Origin: Octopus sinensis
Taxonomy: Eukaryota
Assembly (NCBI RefSeq): GCF_006345805.1
Contig: NC_043006.1
Coordinates: 59,644,001 to 59,708,000 of the forward strand
Length of the DNA stretch: 64,000 nucleotides
Reading direction: 5' to 3'
Both the position numbers and the translations under genes were made by a program. Position 1 is the stretch's first letter. Each line of letters begins with the position of its first letter. The notes below the pieces were generated by a model. It saw only the letters and a list, made by a program, of their open reading frames with translations, made no database searches and was not told where the DNA came from. This document shows positions 1-11,687 of this stretch, in pieces.

Positions 1-137
1 TAATTTTAAATACATATTTTATCTGTGAATTTGCGCGTGTAATCTGGGAATGCATACAATGCCCTTCTCTGCCCTAGGTGTATAGAAAACACTCGGCGAG
101 AAACGGAAGAAAATTTGAAGAACGAAGGAAAAAACAT

Positions 138-150
138 AATAATAATAATA

Positions 151-190
<40 letters not shown>

Positions 191-203
191 CGATGACGAC
201 GAC

Positions 204-248
<45 letters not shown>

Positions 249-270
249 TGATGATGATGATGATGATAAT
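138..270. repeat. (ATA)n/(ATG)n trinucleotide microsatellite
   Basis: Directly visible; source of the poly-M, poly-I and poly-S ORFs. Confidence 0.95.
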
Positions 271-1695
271 AATACAATAGCAATATTAGTTGCAGCCTTT
301 AAAAAGGTTGATCGATGGAAAATGAACCAAGAAACGAAAAATGTGAATGAAATTCTGAAAAACATCAGAACAAACATCACAGATACAAATAATTTGATCA
401 AGGCAACAAGTATTGTTGTAGCATAAGATGTGGGTGTTGATGTCAAGAAAAGAAATATAATATATAGTGACAAACGAAAGATCCATGGTGGAAAAGAAGA
501 ATACAGGCGGGGTTAGATATGCTCTCGAAGGACATGTCTGTGTTAGACCGAAAAGAGAAGGGGATCTTAAAAGCGAACAACAATACAGGCACTGAATAGG
601 AAGCATGATATTGAAAGAGAGGGCCTGAAAGTTGTAATGGAGGAACTGAAACAGCGCCTCGTTGCAAAGAAAGCAAAGATGGTAAGATACGACCAAAGAA
701 TGAAGGGATACCAGCAGAATAGGTTATACAGAGTAGATCAGAAGAAATTCTACAAAGAAATAAATGGAGAGTATACATATGAAAAGTTGGTACCAGATAA
801 CATTGAAAGTCTAAGGTTTTGAAGTGACTTCTGGAGCAAAGACAAGGAGCACAAGAAGGGTGCTGAATGGTTGAAAGAACTGAAACAAACAGTAGTCTGT
901 CCAAAACAGACAGAACTAATGGTCATTTCAGTTTGGGAAGTGAAGGAAATCAGCAAAAAATGGGCAACTGGAAGGCACCGGGACCAGATGAAGTTCAAGG
1001 CTATTGGATCAAAAGATTTAGTGAATGTCGTGCACAAATAGCTGCGCAAGTCAACACTTTGTTAATTGCCAACCAAGTAACACCAGAGTGGTTGACAATG
1101 GGTAGGACAGAACTGTACTTGAAAAACACCATACATACATACATACATACATACATACATACATACATACATGCATGCATGCATACATACATACATACAT
1201 ACATACATACATACATACATACATACATACATACATACATACATACGCACATACATACATACATTGATGAACAAGAGAGACAGTGACGCTCTTGTAATCC
1301 TAAGGTGCGACCGCATGTGTAGGCTATGTAATATTTCTCTGGAAGATATTGTGCATCTGATTAGCAGTTGTCCTAAAATGTCGTCACTGTACTACCTCCC
1401 TATGCGGCACGATGCTGTTGCTAAAACAATTTGCAATGTCATCTGCTAAAAAAGATTGTCCTGAAATAAACTCTGTTAAGGAATACATTCATAAACACCA
1501 ACTCAGAGTAATAGTGGTGGAATATCCCCATCAAAATTTCTGTCACATGTAAGCATGACAGGCCGGATATTGTTGTTTGGGACAGAGGGGCAAAGGTATG
1601 TACTATCATAGAGGTTAGCTGCCCTGCAGATATAAATACATCTTTAAAATCAAAGAAAAAGAGGATATCTATGGACAACTGCTTCGAAACCTCCA

Positions 1696-1696
<1 letters not shown>
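271..1696 (+). mobile_element. Degenerate R4/Dong-like non-LTR retrotransposon fragments (N-terminal part, start of RT, then CCHC finger and restriction-like endonuclease), interrupted by (CATA)n at about 1131-1262
   Basis: Translations include NRLYRVDQKKFYKEING, KAPGPDEVQGYWIKRF...PEWLTMGRT, CRLCNISLEDIVHLISSCPKM...MRHDAVAK and HDRPDIVVWD...IIEVSCPAD; stops and frameshifts present; RT core missing. Confidence 0.8.

Positions 1697-1782
<86 letters not shown>
1697..1782. repeat. (TAA)n microsatellite
   Basis: Directly visible. Confidence 0.97.
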
Positions 1783-1811
1783 GGAGAACCCAGGTTTGAA
1801 ATTTCCCCAAG

Positions 1812-1855
1812 ACACCTGATGAAGGCTGGAGGGTACATCAGCTGAAATGTTGTGT
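1812..1855 (+). ncRNA. Minimal type I hammerhead ribozyme-like motif
   Basis: ACAC-CUGAUGA-A-GGCUG(loop)CAGCU-GAAA-UG-U-U-GUGU: stem I ACAC/GUGU, 5-bp stem II, stem III AAUGUU (AACGUU after CpG decay). Confidence 0.6.
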
Positions 1856-1924
1856 GAACAACAAACTAGATTAGGACAAATATCCGTCAAATGTAAATAA
1901 TGTCCAGATTGACCTGTTGTGCCT

Positions 1925-2131
1925 CGGGAAGCATGAAACCACAAGAAAAACTTTGAAGATACCCAGCGATTTCAAAATCCATGAATGCGGTATGCCTTCG
2001 AAGGCCTTTTTATAATCAATCCATGCAGAACTGAGATATCTTCGTTTGTTATGACAGTTCTCAAGTATCATGCGATTGATTAAGAGTTGGTCTTTGCATC
2101 CATATAGTGAAGCTTCACTTCTGTAAATCAT
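1925..2131 (-). mobile_element. R4/Dong-like RT core fragment
   Basis: GCKDQLLINRMILENCHNKRRYLSSAWIDYKKAFEGIPHSWI is a non-LTR RT motif region of the R4/Dong type. Confidence 0.85.
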
Positions 2132-2134
2132 GTG

Positions 2135-2720
2135 AAGTCCTGTCGAAGATTACTCGACCGCTTCAACGATGAAGACAACATTTTTTGCAGAGAATAATTA
2201 CACAGTATGGTATGTGGAAACACCAGGAATCACCAGCGGAAAAGAAATTCTAGACTCAACCTTCTGCAGAAAAAAAGGTGCTAACAGTTTTTTAGGACTC
2301 AAAAGGGTCAATACTGGAACATTACCTGGAAAAGGTGTCTGCAGTCATCAGTGAAAGCTACAGTGAAGTGCTGGCCAACAAAGTGAAACCAGAAATCCGC
2401 ATCAAATGTCGAGGTCTATTATCAAAGCAACTGTTACTGTTGCACAGCAATGTACACCACCATACTGCTGCTCACACCGTTGAAACCAATGAAAAATTGG
2501 GTTTCAAATGGCTGGAAACACCCTGCATAATGTCCATATTTCACCCTTTCCGGATATAACCTCTTTGAACCGCTAGAAGATGGTCAATTTACTGTGAACG
2601 AAGACGCGCAGGGAACAGTGAATAGATGGCTGTGCGACCAGCCGAAAACCTTCTTCTCCAGTGGAGTAAGCAAGCTTGGGGACCTTTAGAAAAAGTGCAT
2701 CGAAAAGCAAATGGCTAATG
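2135..2720 (+). mobile_element. Mariner transposase relic (catalytic domain)
   Basis: WKHQESPAEKKF, VLTVF*DSKG, SESYSEVLANKVKPEIRIKCRGLLSKQLLLLHSN..HTAAHTVET; multiple disablements. Confidence 0.8.
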
Positions 2721-2821
2721 GCAAAATTCCTGAAACAAGAGTGCATATAATTTTTTTAATCATCTTTGTATATATGCTGCATGTACTAATGTGTATTGTG
2801 TGTAGTATGTAATAATACTGT

Positions 2822-3125
2822 GTGAGGCGCGTGGCTTAGTGGTTAGCATTCGGCTCATGATCGTAAGGTTGTGAGTTCGATTCCGGCGACGCGTGTGTCC
2901 TTGAGCAAGACACTTTATTTATCACTTTGCTCCGTCCAACTCACGGCAAAAATGAGTTGTACTGTATTTCAAAGGGTCAGCCTTGTCACTCTCTGTTCAC
3001 GCTGATTATCTCGAGAACTACGTCAAGGGTACACGTGTCTGTGGAATGCTCAGCCATTTGCACGTTAATTTCACGAGCAAGCTGTTCCGTTGATCGTATC
3101 AGCTGGACCCTCGTCGTCTAACCGG
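2822..3125 (+). mobile_element. tRNA-derived SINE (head GGAGGCGCGTGGCTTAGTGGTTAG) with CORE-like segment
   Basis: A-box TGGCTTAGTGG, B-box GAGTTCGATTCC, segment GTGTCCTTGAGCAAGACACTT; head shared with 45446 and 62622 copies. Confidence 0.8.
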
Positions 3126-3201
3126 CGGATAAAAAAAAGAAAAAAAGATATATCTGTATGTCTGTCTGTCTGTCTGTATGTATGTATGTATGTATGTATA
3201 C

Positions 3202-3234
<33 letters not shown>

Positions 3235-3744
3235 TGTATGTATGTATGTATGTGTATGTGTGTGTATATATATATACGTGCAATTTATATTATAGACTAT
3301 ATATAAAAGAAATTATGAAATAATCTAAAATAAAGAGGATTAGGATTAGAGAGATTTTTGTTAACATCATCCCGTGATGCACCTGACACATCATCAGCAA
3401 TGTTTTCTGGGGTCATTAGATATTTCGGGTCTCTCAACACCAGACATCCTCACCGGCGTGACCCAGCTGGGCTTCCATCGAGCTCCAGTGCAATGGACAG
3501 TGTATTTAGCATCAACATGCTAATTATCGTAGTAACTAACTATAGTTTTAACATTGTGTCTATAATTAGTATACACAACACACGATATACTTGAAACAAT
3601 ATATTTGAAATTAGGTTACCTAATACCTTACAAGGATAATATTGAAACATGAAACACGATTAAAAAAACATTGCCCTCAATTTTATGCTAGCAGCTTGCA
3701 CTCTGCATGTACTGAAGAGTAGGAATTATAATATTGATTTCAAA

Positions 3745-3905
3745 TTTTGGCACGATTACTTCGACTCCAGTGTTCAATTAGTATTTATTTTATCGATCCC
3801 GAAAGGATAAAAGGCAAAATCGACCTCGACAGTATTTGAACTCAGAATGTTAAGACACAAAGCATTTAGCCCGGCGTGCTAACGTTTCTGCCAGCTCGTC
3901 GCTCT
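3745..3905 (-). mobile_element. Degraded SINE, GCCTTTCATCCTTTCGGGGTCGAT family
   Basis: Homologous to the 4019-4250 copy. Confidence 0.7.
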
Positions 3906-4018
3906 GGTAGAAATTATAATATTTGTTACGAACGAAAAAATTATATTCAGATTTCTCGTTCATACGATGCAAAATGAAATGTGACCAAATAAGGTTTATT
4001 TTTCAACATAATCCTCTT

Positions 4019-4250
4019 ATTTCTTTACTGCCCACAAGGGGTTACACACAGAGAGGACAAACAAGGACAGACAAACGGATTAAGTCGATTATATCGACCC
4101 CAGTGCGTAACTGGTACTTATTTAATTGACCCCCGAAAGGATGAAAGGCAAAGTCGACCTCGGCGGAATTTGAACTCAGAATGCAGCGGCGGACGAAATA
4201 CCGCTAAACATTTCGCCCGGCGTGCTAACGCTTCTGCCAGCTCACCGCCT
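4019..4250 (-). mobile_element. tRNA-derived SINE (head GGCGGCGAGCTGGCAGAA; body GTCGACTTTGCCTTTCATCCTTTCGGGGTCGAT, possibly Meta-domain-like)
   Basis: About 10 homologous copies in the window; B-box GAGTTCAAATTCC; Meta assignment from memory and unverified. Confidence 0.9.
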
Positions 4251-4634
4251 TTACACAGTCCCTCTTGCAGTCCGCACACTTCTATCGATGTTTGCAGTGC
4301 TTGGATCACATTGATGAAGAAGCTTTCATCCTATTGCTAAGACCGTCAGCAACAGCAGATATGACGTCGTCATCACTGCGATGCTGGTTCCCAGACGAGT
4401 GTTTTATTTTTTTTTCATTTTGGGGAGCAGATGATAGTTAGATGGGGCCAAATTAGAAGAATAAGGAGAGTGATCAACCAGTTCAAAGCTACAGTAATGC
4501 ACAGCTGCCATTGAAACCAAGGACTTGTGCGCTGGAGCTTTGTCTTAATGAAGCATAACACCTTTCATCAGTCTTCCTGGGCGTTGTATCTTAATAGCCT
4601 TTTGTAACTGTCACAGCAACATGACATAGTACTC

Positions 4635-4942
4635 TGTTGTTTGTTCCTTCTCGAGCCATGCCTGGCTCATAAGGGCCGGTTTCCCGGTTTCCTTGACGTA
4701 TAGGTTCCCCACCTGGGCGGGAAACGCCAGTCCGTCGCTGGTGAGCTGCAAGATGCAGGAGGAAAGAGTGAGAGAAAGTTGTGGCGAAAGAGTCAGCAGA
4801 AGTTCGCCATTAACTTCTGCCTGAGCCGCGTGGAGCTTAGGTGTTTCGCTCATAAACACACACATCGCCCGGTCTGAGTTTAGAATTCGCGATCCCTCGA
4901 CCGCGAGTCCGCTGCTCTAGCCACTAGGCCATGTGCCTCCAC
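4635..4942 (-). mobile_element. tRNA-Arg-like SINE (head GGAGGCRCAATGGCCYAGTGGTTAG)
   Basis: Pol III boxes on minus strand; homologous to 38841, 44026 and 45875 copies. Confidence 0.85.
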
Positions 4943-5837
4943 GAATACTCTCCATTGATGGTGAAGCTCTTTTGAAGATAGTCAATAAGCACAATTCCTT
5001 TTGGATGCAAAAGGCCATCACATTTCCTTCAGATAAAACGACATCAGCCATCTTTCGAGAAGTTGAGGTGGGATGCTTCCACTGCATAAATTGTCTCTTT
5101 GTCTCTGGTTCAAAGTGATGAAACCAACACTCATCCTCGGTTAGGAAATGGTCAAGGAAACCAGCTGAATTTGCCTCGATGTCAGATTTTTTTTCCGAGA
5201 TGTGATCAGCCAAGCTAACTGCCATGTCAACATTCGTCCTGCTAAGTTCGTTGTGCAGAATATTATCAACTCTCTCATGGGTTATGTTAATAGCATTTGC
5301 TATTTGATTTATAGTCAATCGCCTGTCATCCATCACATGTAATGAACACGATCAATGTTTTCCTCAGCGGTGGCAGTCGCAGAACGTGCAAACCTCGAGT
5401 CATCTTCAAGAGTCTCCCTTTCCGTCCTAAATTCAGCTACCCACTTTTGCACTATTGATAAAGCTGGAGTGTTATCCCCTAATGCAGCAACCATGTCAGC
5501 ATGAGCGAACGTCCTTGGGTATTAAACCCTTTTTCAGATAACATCACGATGCCACGAGAAGTCGCTACTAGATACTTTTGAAGTGTTTTTTTACAGTCAG
5601 ATGTCAGTTTACCTGGAAAGAAATGATGCAAACCCTTTTTCAGATAACATCACGATGCCACGAGAAGTCGCTACCAGATACTTTTGAAGTGTTTTTTTAC
5701 AGTCAGATGTCAGTTTACCTGGAAAGAAATGATGCAGTTATTCATAGGTAGAGTTGAAATTAATGCATGCAATATTTCACAGCTCTAGCACCACTCCTTC
5801 AGAAGTCAGCCTATTAACTTTTCAACCCTCCTTCGTA
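4943..5837 (-). mobile_element. Mariner 5' half with one TIR
   Basis: MDDRRLTINQIANAI...TEDECWFHHFEPETKRQFMQWKHP; TIR-like TACGAAGGAGGGTTGAAAAG ending at 5837; internal 106-bp tandem duplication. Confidence 0.85.
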
Positions 5838-5983
5838 GACCCCAGGAGACGGAAGCGAAGTTTATTAAGTTACAAACATTCGAATCACATCTCCAGTTTC
5901 AAGATAACTTGTAACTAGTTTTGAAAGCCAGGTAAAGAAAGAAATAGAGTAGCCACGTCATCGCTTTCTCTCTAGTTGAATGC

Positions 5984-5984
<1 letters not shown>

Positions 5985-6017
<33 letters not shown>

Positions 6018-6575
6018 CTCTCTCTCTCTCTCTCTCATTCTCTCTCTCACTCACTCACACATACACACATACACACTCTCTCTCTCACTCACTCACACAC
6101 TCAGACACACACATACACACATACACACACACATACACTCTCACTCACTCACTCACACACACACACACATACACTCTCACTCACACACATACACACACAC
6201 ACACTCTCTCACTCACTCACACACTCACTCACACACTCACACACACACATACACACACACACATACATTCTCACTCACTCACACAACACACACACACACA
6301 TACACTCTCACTCACACACATACACACACACACACTCTCTCACTCACTCACACACTCACACACACATACACACACACTCTCACTCACTCACACACATACA
6401 CACACGCTAGCATATACACATACACCTCTAAAGATTATACGATCATACATATTTATCAGGTGTTTATCAAATACATTAATCACAATGTCGATTAACAAAC
6501 AATAGAGACATGGTGTGGGTGTGTGTGTGGGTGTGTGTGTGTGTGTGTGTGGGTGTGTGTGTGTGTGTGTGTGGT
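5985..6575. repeat. Compound (CA)n/(CT)n/(CACT)n and (GT)n microsatellites
   Basis: Directly visible. Confidence 0.95.
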
Positions 6576-6699
6576 GCTTATACATACAGAGATACTAGAT
6601 TTGTTTCTTTAATGCTTAAAGTATAACAACTGAAAAGAAAACATCCACCCAACGATTCAAAGTAAATATGAACGGTAACAACGGACGCAAAAGTTCAAA

Positions 6700-7062
6700 G
6701 AATGAAATCACCGTTGTAACACCCATCTAACACCCGTGGACATATTTACAAAGTAAGAAAACAGCACAGCTCCCATGACTTCAGGAAACGTTTTCACGCT
6801 GAGAGTTGCTGAAGCATGGAAAACTGCCGGCATCGGTTGTTAGTTGTCGGAGCACTGCATCCTTCAAAACTTCACTGCTTCCTGAGATTCGCCAACACTA
6901 CACTTGATTTTCTCCCCTCCATACACACACAGCATGTATCTGACTCATACATTGTTCGCTTCCAGACATTCTACATTACTGCATGTACTTTATATGCACT
7001 TCTGACAAGTTGTGGTGCACCTGAGCACTGTATACAATAATTTCATTATTATTATTATTATT
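6700..7062 (+). mobile_element. 3' end of a CR1/L2-type LINE with (ATT)n tail
   Basis: NTRGHIYKVRKQHSSHDFRKR..TLRVAEAW.KLPASVVSCRSTASFKTSL matches the CR1 ORF2 C-terminus. Confidence 0.8.
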
Positions 7063-7306
7063 ATAAATAAACGAAAGTACTAACGAGAGTCAGTTGAAAA
7101 TTTCTAAGTACCTAACCTTCTATACATCTATCAGACTTTCAATATATCTCACAAGCTGTATATCTATCGACCTGTCTATATTTCTATGTACTTATCTACG
7201 CACCTAACAATCTATTTAGCTACCAATTGCGCACACGCTCTTGGGAAAATACTTGGTAGGGCCCTAATACATAAAATAGGCAAAGATAAAGAATATGCAC
7301 ACCGGT

Positions 7307-7445
7307 GTTTAGGGTTAGTGTTAGAGTTTAGGGTTAGGGTTAGGGTTAGCGATTAGGGTTAAGGTTGGCGTTAGGATTAGGGTCTAAGGTTAGGGTTAAA
7401 GTTAGGGTTAGGTTTTAAGGTTAGTGTTAAGGTTCGGATTAGGAT
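7307..7445 (+). repeat. Degenerate interstitial TTAGGG-like array
   Basis: Runs such as TTTAGGGTTAGGGTTAGGGTTAG with many variant units. Confidence 0.75.
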
Positions 7446-7589
7446 ATTTGTTACGCCGAAAACGAGTGGTATGCGTAGTCATTAACACCGCCCATAATAT
7501 ATACTTATAATTCCATTTATCCTACATGCATACACTACTTTCAGATTGGCTATGGCCATTCCCGTGTCACTCTTGATGGTGTCAAGCCA

Positions 7590-7952
7590 GCGGGTTCTTG
7601 GTCGGCCTACACCTCTCTTGCCACTGACCATTCCGAGATGTTGGTGCATTTACGTCCCCGTGACTTAACGGTTCAGCAAAAATGGCTGATGGAATAAGTT
7701 CAGCACTTACAAAGACTAAGTCCTGGGGGGAGGGGCGATTTCTTTGCCTAAAAGGCGCTGCTTGTGCATGACCACTGTCTGCCGTTACGTTCTGAGTTCG
7801 AATTCCACCGAGGTCAACTTTGCCTTTCATCCTTTCGGGATAGATTAAATATGTACCGGTTAATCACTAAGGTCGATGTAATCGACTTAATCCCCTTGTC
7901 TGTTCTTGTTTGGCCCCCTCTATCTTTAGCTCCCTGTAGGCAATAAAGAAAT
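7590..7952 (+). mobile_element. Juxtaposed SINE fragments: CORE-family 3' part followed by a 5'-truncated GCCTTTCATCC-family copy
   Basis: Homology to 29040-29206 and to 46991-47219. Confidence 0.7.
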
Positions 7953-8216
7953 ATATATATATATTATAATATATATATTAATATATAAAAACTTACTTGG
8001 AGAAAGAAAGGAAACGAAACGACGCGAGGGCGCTCAGTCATACAATAATTTAATAATAAAATATATGCATACATACATATATGTACGTACCTACATCTAC
8101 ATGTTATATACATGCATATATATATTATATATATGAGTACAGGACACACAAATATATATATAAAGATATATATTATATATATATATTATATATATATATA
8201 TCTATATATATAATAT

Positions 8217-8303
<87 letters not shown>

Positions 8304-8353
8304 TGGGGGGAAGTCGTCAGAATTTTGAAAATATCTTTTTCTATTTTTCATTA

Positions 8354-8393
8354 TTATAAGCGCTTTCGTTCGTTTCTCGAACTTGTCAAATAA
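8354..8393 (-). ncRNA. Minimal type I hammerhead ribozyme motif, U3-A8 core variant
   Basis: UUAU-UUGACAA-GUUCG(AGAAA)CGAAC-GAAA-GCGC-U-U-AUAA: perfect 5-bp stem II, palindromic stem III AGCGCU, stem I UUAU/AUAA. Confidence 0.7.
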
Positions 8394-8544
8394 AATTTTG
8401 TGAATGTACAAATAGCTTGTTCATTTATTTAAAACAGATATTTGTGGGCGAAGGGGTTGTTTAGAAGAAGCGAACACTGTTTTTGTTTTTTGGGGTGAGG
8501 TTCCTACACGATGGAGATGGATAGATAGAAATATAGGTAGGTAT

Positions 8545-8764
8545 ATTTCTTTATTGCCCACAAGGGGCTAAACATAGAGGGGACAGACAAAGGGATTAAG
8601 TCAATTACATAGACCCCAGTGCGTAACTGGTACTTAATTTATCGACCCCGAAAGGATGAAAGGCAAAGTCGACCTCGGCGGAATTTGAACTCAGAACGTA
8701 ACGGCAGACGAAATGCGGCCACACATTTCGCCCGGCGTGCTAACGTTTCTGCCAACTCGCCGCC
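8545..8764 (-). mobile_element. SINE, GCCTTTCATCC family
   Basis: Close homology to 4019-4250. Confidence 0.9.
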
Positions 8765-8782
8765 GTGGTAGGAAGATAGGCT

Positions 8783-8861
<79 letters not shown>

Positions 8862-8880
8862 TGATAGATAGATTGATAGA
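8783..8880. repeat. (GATA)n microsatellite
   Basis: Directly visible. Confidence 0.97.
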
Positions 8881-9254
8881 GGGGGAAAGAGAAGGAGGGT
8901 CCCCCTTCCTATTCACCATTCATTTATTTATTTCGTCATTTACCATTATTTTGGAATGGGTTTAAGGATGGTGACGTCTTCGAAAAAAGAACAGGTGCAG
9001 TGTGGTCATCACTGAAAGTCTTTTTGCTTTCTTTCTCTTTTCCCCCTTTCCTTCTTTTTTCCCCCTTTGTTTCTTTTTCTCCTCTTTGAGTTATATTTAG
9101 ACTACAAAAATGTACTGTCTCCCCTATTCTTTCAATTTTGTAGGGAATTTTTTGATGAAATGTAGTTCTGCAAGAACAAATATTAGTATAATATTTGCAA
9201 ATTCAAAATTTTTTAAATAAATAATAAATAAATAAAAGATATAATATATATATA

Positions 9255-9294
<40 letters not shown>

Positions 9295-9489
9295 ATATAT
9301 ATATATATATGACGGCCAATACCCTGAAACTCGAGTCTGTGTGTATCATAAGTTGAAGACGGGAAGGATGGCTTCCATTTGCAAATACAGAAAGTGCGTC
9401 TATAGCCAGCTGGAGGAGGTGTCCTCCTGGGCTACAAACTACAGTAGCATCCACCTTTAGGGATTACCATATCAAATGGCAAATATACG

Positions 9490-9532
<43 letters not shown>

Positions 9533-9779
9533 ACATATATACGTAAAGCTAGAACATCCCAATGCTACACATATATATACCTGAACATTTGTAGAGATGA
9601 GCCACATTTGGAAAAAAAAAATTCAAATTCTCCACTTTACTTTCAAACTTCCATTTTAGATAGAATCCTTTGATAAGTAATTGTGCGTGTGTGTATGTGT
9701 GTATGTGTGCATCCATGTGTGCATGTGTGTGTGTCCATGTGTGCATGTGTGTGTGTGTCGTATATATGTATATCATATT

Positions 9780-9821
<42 letters not shown>

Positions 9822-9899
9822 TATATATTTATATCATATCAAACATATACACATATATCATATATATCATATATATATATATATATTATATATATATAG

Positions 9900-9932
<33 letters not shown>

Positions 9933-10081
9933 CATATCATATATTTTTAATCCCTTAATCTGTCTTTGTTTGTCCCACCTATGTTTAGCCTCCTGTAGGC
10001 AATAAAGAAGTTATATATATATATATGTGTGTGTGTGTTTGTGTGTAGAAGGTTGAAAACGAACACACGAGTTGATATGTA

Positions 10082-10351
10082 TAAGGAAAATAAGACAAGG
10101 TAGAAAAGGCTAAAATAATTATATCATGAAAAACATTTTAGTGCCGGTTTAAGTCATTGAGACTTTTTCAACTCAAGTATGAAAAACAATTAAATTGTGG
10201 AAAAATTAAATGAATTTTTTTTTTTTTTATATTTCCACAATTTTATTTTTTGCCATAATTAGAGTTGAAGAAGTCTCATTACTGAAACCTGTACTAAAAG
10301 TTTTTCATGATAAAATTATTTAGCATTTTCTACCTTGACTTATTTTCCTTA
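10082..10351. repeat. Imperfect fold-back (inverted repeat) with a hammerhead relic in each arm
   Basis: AAGGAAAATAAGACAAGGTAGAAAAGGCT... mirrored by ...AGCATTTTCTACCTTGACTTATTTTCCTT; arms homologous to 29340-29450. Confidence 0.8.
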
Positions 10352-10367
10352 TATATATATATTATAT

Positions 10368-10432
<65 letters not shown>

Positions 10433-10627
10433 ATATGTATGTATTATTATATATATATATATATATGTATGTATGTAGTATAGATATATGTAGTTATATT
10501 ATATATATATAATGTAGTATGTATATATATTATATATATATATATGTATGTATGTATATATATATATATATAATATACATTATTCATATATATATATATA
10601 TTATTATATATATATATATACATAACA

Positions 10628-10662
<35 letters not shown>

Positions 10663-10746
10663 TATACATAGTTATATATATATAGTATACTCATATATAT
10701 ATATATATATATAACATATATATATATATATAAATATTAGATATAC

Positions 10747-10787
<41 letters not shown>

Positions 10788-10875
10788 ATACTATAGATAT
10801 ATATATCATATATATATATATATACATACATATATATATACATGATATATATATATATATACATATATATATTAC

Positions 10876-10906
<31 letters not shown>

Positions 10907-10946
10907 CATATATACAAATTATATATATATATTATTACATATATAC

Positions 10947-10979
<33 letters not shown>

Positions 10980-11267
10980 CATATATATATATTACCATAT
11001 ATATATATATATATATACATAAATATATATATATACATATAATATATACATATATATATTATATACATATATTATATATTATATACAGATATATATATCT
11101 ACATATATATATACATATATATATATTATATACATATATATATACATATTATATACTATATATATACATATATATATACATATATATATATATAACATAT
11201 ATTATATATATATACATATATCTATATATATATATATCTACATATATATATATATACATATATATAC

Positions 11268-11298
<31 letters not shown>

Positions 11299-11324
11299 CA
11301 TATATACTATATATACATATATAC

Positions 11325-11373
<49 letters not shown>

Positions 11374-11501
11374 CACATATATAATATGTACATATATATA
11401 TATACACATATACATATATATACATAGTATATATATATATACATATATATCTATATGTATGTATGTATGTATAATATATATATATACATACATATATATA
11501 C

Positions 11502-11576
<75 letters not shown>

Positions 11577-11614
11577 ATGATAATATATATATATATACAT
11601 ATAATATATATATA

Positions 11615-11659
<45 letters not shown>

Positions 11660-11687
11660 CATATATATATATACATTATATATATAC
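10352..11687. repeat. About 1.3 kb (AT)n-rich array
   Basis: Directly visible; source of YI-repeat ORFs. Confidence 0.97.

Noticed and set aside
1697-1782. (TAA)n as the Dong target site
   Set aside because: The element is truncated within the endonuclease-coding region at this point, so this is not a natural 3' junction
3330-3560. Candidate minus-strand micro-exon (HVDAKYTVHCTGARWKPSWVTP)
   Set aside because: Weak acceptor and no recognisable homology
7307-7445. True telomere or chromosome end
   Set aside because: Short, highly degenerate and internal, with ordinary sequence on both sides
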